IMG/VR virus record: IMGVR_UViG_2554235127_000006
Strand: one strand, 5' to 3'
DNA length: 16,598 nt
Source of the DNA: a virus
Taxonomy: Duplodnaviria > Heunggongvirae > Uroviricota > Caudoviricetes
Positions 12,521 through 16,598 of the stretch are shown one piece after another. Position numbers and translations under genes: made by a program. The notes below the pieces were generated by a model that did not search any database, was not told the origin of the DNA, and saw nothing but the letters and a program-made list of their open reading frames with translations. Position 1 is the stretch's first letter. Each line of letters begins with the position of its first letter.

Positions 12521-13384
12521 ATGATCCGCAGTATGACCGCCTACGCCCGGCGTGAAATCAAGGGTGAATGGGGGAGCGCAACCTGGGAAATGCGCTCGGT
12601 AAACCAGCGTTATCTGGAAACTTACTTTCGTCTGCCGGAGCAGTTCCGTAGCCTTGAACCTGTCGTTCGCGAGCGTATTCGTTCTCGCCTGACGCGCGGT
12701 AAAGTGGAATGTACCCTGCGCTATGAGCCAGATGTTAGCGCGCAAGGTGAGCTGATCCTCAACGAAAAACTGGCTAAACAGCTGGTAACTGCCGCGAACT
12801 GGGTAAAAATGCAGAGCGACGAAGGAGAAATCAACCCGGTTGATATTCTACGCTGGCCGGGCGTGATGGCAGCCCAGGAGCAAGATCTCGACGCGATTGC
12901 AGCTGAAATTCTCGCGGCGTTGGATGGCACCCTGGATGACTTTATCATCGCGCGCGAAACCGAAGGTCAGGCGCTGAAAGTGTTGATTGAGCAGCGTCTG
13001 GAAGGCGTCACCGCCGAAGTGGTCAAAGTCCGCGCCCATATGCCGGAAATCCTGCAATGGCAGCGTGAGCGTCTGGTAGCGAAGCTGGAAGATGCTCAGG
13101 TGCAACTGGAAAACAACCGTCTGGAGCAGGAGTTGGTTCTGCTGGCACAACGAATTGACGTTGCCGAAGAACTGGACCGCCTCGAAGCGCATGTCAAAGA
13201 GACCTACAACATTCTGAAGAAAAAAGAAGCGGTTGGCCGTCGTCTGGACTTTATGATGCAGGAGTTCAACCGCGAGTCGAACACTCTTGCTTCGAAATCT
13301 ATCAATGCCGAAGTGACGAATTCTGCCATCGAGCTGAAAGTGTTGATTGAGCAGATGCGCGAGCAGATCCAGAATATCGAGTAA
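12521..13384 (+). CDS. yicC: YicC-family protein (YicC/YloC endoribonuclease family)
   Basis: 287-aa ORF MIRSMTAYARREIKGEWGSATWEMRSVNQRYLETYFRLPEQFR..., recognised as YicC. Divergent from rph. Confidence 0.93.
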   Translation: MIRSMTAYARREIKGEWGSATWEMRSVNQRYLETYFRLPEQFRSLEPVVRERIRSRLTRGKVECTLRYEPDVSAQGELILNEKLAKQLVTAANWVKMQSDEGEINPVDILRWPGVMAAQEQDLDAIAAEILAALDGTLDDFIIARETEGQALKVLIEQRLEGVTAEVVKVRAHMPEILQWQRERLVAKLEDAQVQLENNRLEQELVLLAQRIDVAEELDRLEAHVKETYNILKKKEAVGRRLDFMMQEFNRESNTLASKSINAEVTNSAIELKVLIEQMREQIQNIE

Positions 13385-13424
13385 GCTATAAGCAACATTT
13401 AGGACGACGCATAAATCACACCAA

Positions 13425-13448
13425 GCCCGCAACCCAGCGGGCTTTTTT
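13425..13448 (+). terminator. Intrinsic terminator of yicC (GCCCGC-AACCCA-GCGGGC followed by TTTTTT)
   Basis: 6-bp GC stem and 6 T read directly, 41 nt after the yicC stop. Confidence 0.75.
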
Positions 13449-13492
13449 GTTATCATGGGCTATCATAAAGACGCAACAAAGCGCATGATTAT

Positions 13493-13546
13493 GGTGTACA
13501 CAAAGGTGTACCCAATGAGGTTTGGGTACATTGCTTTGGGTACACC
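13493..13546. repeat. Cluster of four GGTGTAC-type motifs upstream of int, including an exact 9-bp inverted pair
   Basis: GGTGTACAC (13493-13501), GGTGTACCC (13505-13513), GGGTACA (13523-13529), GGGTACACC (13538-13546). The second and fourth are exact reverse complements, 24 bp apart. Candidate arm-type integrase or regulator binding sites. Confidence 0.5.
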
Positions 13547-13574
13547 CCCTATTCAAAGTTTGGATATTCGCAAA

Positions 13575-14834
13575 ATGCCAAAACTAACAGACATGCAGAT
13601 CCGCGCATGGATTAAGAGCGGAGAGCGATTCGAGGGGCGGGCAGACGGTAACGGTTTATACCTACGTTACCGTGAAGCCGACAAAACCCCCACATGGAGA
13701 TTCCGCTATAAACTCGCAGGGAAGTCCCGCGCCATGCTAATTGGTTCGTATAGCGAGCTATCACTATCAAAGGCCAGAGAGACAGCCAAAGAGCTATCGG
13801 CTCGCGTTGCGCTGGGCTATGACGTTGCAGGAGAGAAGCAGAAGCGCAAAACCGAAGCACTGGCGAAGATGGAAGCAGAGAAGAACGCTATGCGCGTTTC
13901 AGAGCTTGCCGCTGAATACTTTGAGCGTCAGATACTTCCGAGATGGAAACATCCCGATATCCTTCGCCGGAGAATTGATAAGGATATTAACCCCTGCATT
14001 GGGCATATGAAGGTAGAGGACGTTAAGCCACGCCACATTGACGACATGTTGAAAGGTATCGTTGACCGAGGAGCACCAACGATAGCAACAGATGTATTAC
14101 GCTGGACACGCCGTATCTTTGACTACGGGATAAAACGCCACGCTCTGGAGATAAACCCTTGTTCAGCGTTTGAAGTATCTGATGCTGGTGGTAAAGAGGT
14201 TTCCCGCGACCGTTGGCTAACTCGCGATGAGCTTATCAGGCTATTCGAGGCTATGCGCACCGCAAAAGGATTCAGCCGCCAGAACGAACTGACATTTAAG
14301 CTATTGCTGGCACTATGCGTTCGTAAGATGGAGTTATGCGCCGCACGATGGGAAGAGTTTGATTTAGATGGTGCGGTATGGCATTTGCCGGAAGAACGCA
14401 GCAAAAACGGAGACCCTATTGATATACCTCTACCTTCTCCAGCCGTTGAATGGTTGAGAGAACTACACACCTTTTCATGTAATAGCGCATGGGTGCTTCC
14501 AGCCAGGAAGATGCAAAACAGAATGATCCCACATATTCAGGAAAGCACTTTGCCCGTAGCACTGGCTAAGGTTCGCGCCGAAATGCCGGATGTGCCTAAT
14601 TTCACGATTCACGACTTCCGACGCACCGCACGTACTCATTTAGCAGCGTTGGGTGTTGATCCTGTCGTGGCGGAACGATGCCTCAATCATCGCATTAAGG
14701 GCGTAGAGGGGATTTATAACCGCCATCAGTATTTTGATGAGCGTAAAGCAGCACTGGCACAGTGGGCTGATCTGCTGGTGGCACTGGAAAGCGGAAAAGA
14801 CTACAACGTAACGCCTCTCAGAAGGGCGAACTAA
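13575..14834 (+). CDS. Site-specific tyrosine recombinase, P4-type integrase family
   Basis: N-terminus MPKLTDMQIRAWIKSGERFEGRADGNGLYLRYREADKTPTWRFRYKLAGK is typical of the P4-type arm-binding domain. C-terminus has HDFRRTARTH (HxxR) and GIYNRHQY (catalytic Tyr). Track ORF starts at 13455, but the first 40 codons overlap the terminator T-run and repeat cluster, so I place the start at the ATG at 13575. Confidence 0.88.
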   Translation: MPKLTDMQIRAWIKSGERFEGRADGNGLYLRYREADKTPTWRFRYKLAGKSRAMLIGSYSELSLSKARETAKELSARVALGYDVAGEKQKRKTEALAKMEAEKNAMRVSELAAEYFERQILPRWKHPDILRRRIDKDINPCIGHMKVEDVKPRHIDDMLKGIVDRGAPTIATDVLRWTRRIFDYGIKRHALEINPCSAFEVSDAGGKEVSRDRWLTRDELIRLFEAMRTAKGFSRQNELTFKLLLALCVRKMELCAARWEEFDLDGAVWHLPEERSKNGDPIDIPLPSPAVEWLRELHTFSCNSAWVLPARKMQNRMIPHIQESTLPVALAKVRAEMPDVPNFTIHDFRRTARTHLAALGVDPVVAERCLNHRIKGVEGIYNRHQYFDERKAALAQWADLLVALESGKDYNVTPLRRAN

Positions 14835-14842
14835 CTGAATAG

Positions 14843-14905
14843 ATTGAGCCTAGCCCGACGGGGCGAAAAGCGGAAAGCCTTACCGCCTGGCTCAATTCTT
14901 TTTAA
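14843..14905 (+). terminator. Long-range inverted repeat (ATTGAGCC ... GGCTCAAT) followed by TCTTTTT after int; possible terminator or insulator before the cargo gene
   Basis: 8-bp arms at 14843-14850 and 14889-14896 with a 38-nt interior that has its own short GC palindromes, then a T-rich run at 14897-14903. The structure is unusual, so confidence is low. Confidence 0.35.
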
Positions 14906-14928
14906 GGCAAAGCGTAGAAGGTGACGCA

Positions 14929-15810
14929 ATGAGTAAGTTATTTAAGCTCAAAGAATGGCTGACGTTATCGGAAGCCTCAGAGAGGCTATCAGTATTCTTA
15001 GGTGAAAAGGTTTCTGTTGCTGATTGTTTGCAGCTGGCATTGGATAAGCACATAACCATTTCAGCAATTTTTAACGAGAGCCAGCACGCTATCCATGCGA
15101 AGGTAATCACAACGACCCAACGTAAGCAGTTTTCTAAATTCATTATCCGGACAACAGAGGATGGGGCCTATATTGGCCTTATAGGGGAAGATCGCTTTGT
15201 CTCAAACAGTGAATTAGATTTTGAGTATGAAGATATTGAAAGGTACGGTGATGTTTTCACGTTGCGTCATGGGATCTATGACCTGCCTATGCTGGGGGCC
15301 GAAGAATTGGATGTCATGCATCAGCTTGATTTGAACGCTGGAAGAGCGCCTCGGGAATTCTGCAATATGGAGGGGCCATTTTTGATAACTCCATATGGCT
15401 TGGTGAATATCTTAAACCAGTTCAATCCTTGGATGTTAAAGACGAATGATAGCGGCTCACCAGAGTATTACGATAAGGTAAAAAACGAGTTCGTAGATTT
15501 GAGCCATGAAGGCTACCGCGGGTTTCTTTATCCGGCCGATGCTTTGGGCGATTTTGAGCTTGTATTCAGAAGAGAAAACATCGAAAAGTTTGAGCAAGAA
15601 AATTCTGGTGATGGCCAACAATCGCTAAAACTTGATGAGAGCCTGCATGTAATAGGTGCTCTGCTTAACGCCTTAAAAAAAGCTGAACCAGCATCTAAGC
15701 GATGGACGCAAGAGGCGCTAAAGGCGGAGATGATAGATCACGGGGTTAACCTAAGCCCTCGACATCTCGATAAATATTTCTCGGCAGCGAATAAATCTTT
15801 TAAATCATAG
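14929..15810 (+). CDS. Hypothetical protein (293 aa), island cargo; function unknown
   Basis: Uninterrupted 293-codon ORF, MSKLFKLKEWLTLSEASERLSVFLGEKVSVADCLQ...; GAGG-containing purine-rich stretch upstream of the ATG. It looks more AT-rich than the flanking core genes by eye. I recognise no motif; acidic central region; no obvious hydrophobic transmembrane stretch. Confidence 0.7.
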   Translation: MSKLFKLKEWLTLSEASERLSVFLGEKVSVADCLQLALDKHITISAIFNESQHAIHAKVITTTQRKQFSKFIIRTTEDGAYIGLIGEDRFVSNSELDFEYEDIERYGDVFTLRHGIYDLPMLGAEELDVMHQLDLNAGRAPREFCNMEGPFLITPYGLVNILNQFNPWMLKTNDSGSPEYYDKVKNEFVDLSHEGYRGFLYPADALGDFELVFRRENIEKFEQENSGDGQQSLKLDESLHVIGALLNALKKAEPASKRWTQEALKAEMIDHGVNLSPRHLDKYFSAANKSFKS

Positions 15811-15919
15811 AGATAATTTCGCACCGAAAACCCATTTTTCGCTGCGATGACTTAATCCCCCTCCTGAAGCATGCTTCTTGTAACGACGCAACAGCGTCTA
15901 CAAAGGAGTTACGAGAAGC

Positions 15920-16123
15920 ATGGCTACAGACAACATCCCCAACACAGGTTACATCCGCCGCTTTCGCCTGGCTGAATTGCTGGGCGTTAGTGTATCCACC
16001 ATCGACCGTAAAGTAAGAAACGGTTCACTACCACGTCCGGTAAAGCTGGGCGAGAAGATTACCGCCTTTGATGCGGTAGAGATTAACAACTGGCTGGCAG
16101 AACGTCGGGGAAAGGTGGCTTGA
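15920..16123 (+). CDS. alpA: AlpA-family phage/island transcriptional regulator (small HTH, excisionase-like)
   Basis: 67 aa: RFRLAELLGVSVSTIDRKVRNGSLPRPVKLGEKITAFDAVEINNWL fits the AlpA pattern (HTH, then G-x-FP-xP-KLG, then W-x-EI-x-WL). AAGGAG ribosome-binding site precedes the ATG. Confidence 0.85.
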   Translation: MATDNIPNTGYIRRFRLAELLGVSVSTIDRKVRNGSLPRPVKLGEKITAFDAVEINNWLAERRGKVA

Positions 16124-16554
16124 TGAAAAAGAAAAACCGCCCATTACAGGCGGCTAACTCAGATATTCGCACGTCTGATATTACGCCGACCACCAGCCCG
16201 GTACAAGTACCTAGGCGTACCCCAAAGAAACACCGCGCCCGCGTCTATATGCTGCGTACTGGTATAGAGGGATGGACAGAAAATGACATTCTTCGCTACT
16301 GCCGTCTGTCTTCTGGTCGTAACTATGCAACAGAGTTAGAACGCCAGCTTGGAATCACTCTGGAGCGTATCGACGAAAAGAATCCTGATGGTATCGGAAC
16401 ACACCTTCGCTACCGTTTCTCCTGCCGTGGTGATGTTCTGAAAGTGATCACTCATGTTAACCATCTTGCGAACATAAATGATCACAACGGACTTTCTCAG
16501 CAGGAAATTGCCGACATTCTGAAACTCTACCCGGACGCGTTTAACGCCGCCTAA
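16120..16554 (+). CDS. Hypothetical protein (144 aa) translationally coupled to alpA; function unknown
   Basis: Start ATG overlaps the alpA stop (ATGA at 16120-16123). Basic, Pro/Thr-rich N-terminus (PVQVPRRTPKKHRAR) then a predicted globular region. Not recognised. Confidence 0.6.
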   Translation: MMKKKNRPLQAANSDIRTSDITPTTSPVQVPRRTPKKHRARVYMLRTGIEGWTENDILRYCRLSSGRNYATELERQLGITLERIDEKNPDGIGTHLRYRFSCRGDVLKVITHVNHLANINDHNGLSQQEIADILKLYPDAFNAA

Positions 16555-16566
16555 CGGAGACTGAAA

Positions 16567-16598
16567 ATGAACATCGAAAAAAGCAGATTAATTTCTGA
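16567..16598 (+). CDS. 5' end of a further island gene (partial, only about 10 codons: MNIEKSRLIS...)
   Basis: ATG at 16567 preceded by GGAG at 16556-16559; same orientation as alpA and the 144-aa ORF. Too short to classify. Confidence 0.3.
   Translation, partial: MNIEKSRLIS

Larger units (their letters stand above)
13450..16598 (+). mobile_element. Left end of an integrated genomic island / satellite-like element inserted downstream of yicC (int, unknown cargo, alpA, unknown); continues beyond the window
   Basis: Core synteny stops at the yicC terminator; the next gene is a tyrosine integrase, followed by an AlpA-family regulator and unrecognised ORFs. No tRNA gene is visible at the junction. 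The right boundary is not in the window. Confidence 0.6.

Noticed and set aside
12848-13456. 202-aa ORF antisense to yicC
   Set aside because: Entirely embedded antisense within a conserved, well-supported gene; long shadow ORFs are common there. No independent start or RBS evidence.
13455-13574. In-frame N-terminal extension of the integrase ORF (MGYHKDATKRMIMVYTKVYPMRFGYIALG...)
   Set aside because: It starts at the yicC terminator T-run and runs through the repeat cluster. The recognisable P4-type N-terminus begins at the ATG at 13575, so the extension is almost certainly non-coding leader.
14123-14470. 115-aa minus-strand ORF inside the integrase gene
   Set aside because: Antisense to a gene with clear integrase motifs. 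An antisense regulator is conceivable but nothing in the sequence supports it.

Overview
Enterobacterial (E. coli-like) chromosomal segment; all identifications are from reading the translated ORFs and the DNA, with no database search. Positions 1-13450 are conserved core genome: the promoter-proximal end of the LPS core operon on the minus strand (waaO partial, waaP, waaG, waaQ, with the RfaH ops element in the waaQ leader), then waaA-coaD, mutM, rpmG-rpmB, yicR, coaBC (dfp)-dut-slmA, pyrE-rph with the pyrE attenuator hairpin, and yicC. Immediately after the yicC terminator the core ends and an integrated element begins (about 13450 to the window edge): a P4-type tyrosine integrase, a relatively AT-rich 293-aa protein I cannot place in any family, an AlpA-family regulator, a translationally coupled 144-aa unknown protein, and the first codons of another gene. 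Only the left ~3.1 kb of the element is in the window. The 293-aa cargo gene and the cluster of GGTGTAC-type repeats upstream of int are the most interesting items. Two strain markers stand out: waaO directly follows waaP (non-K-12 core type) and rph is full length (no rph-1 frameshift).
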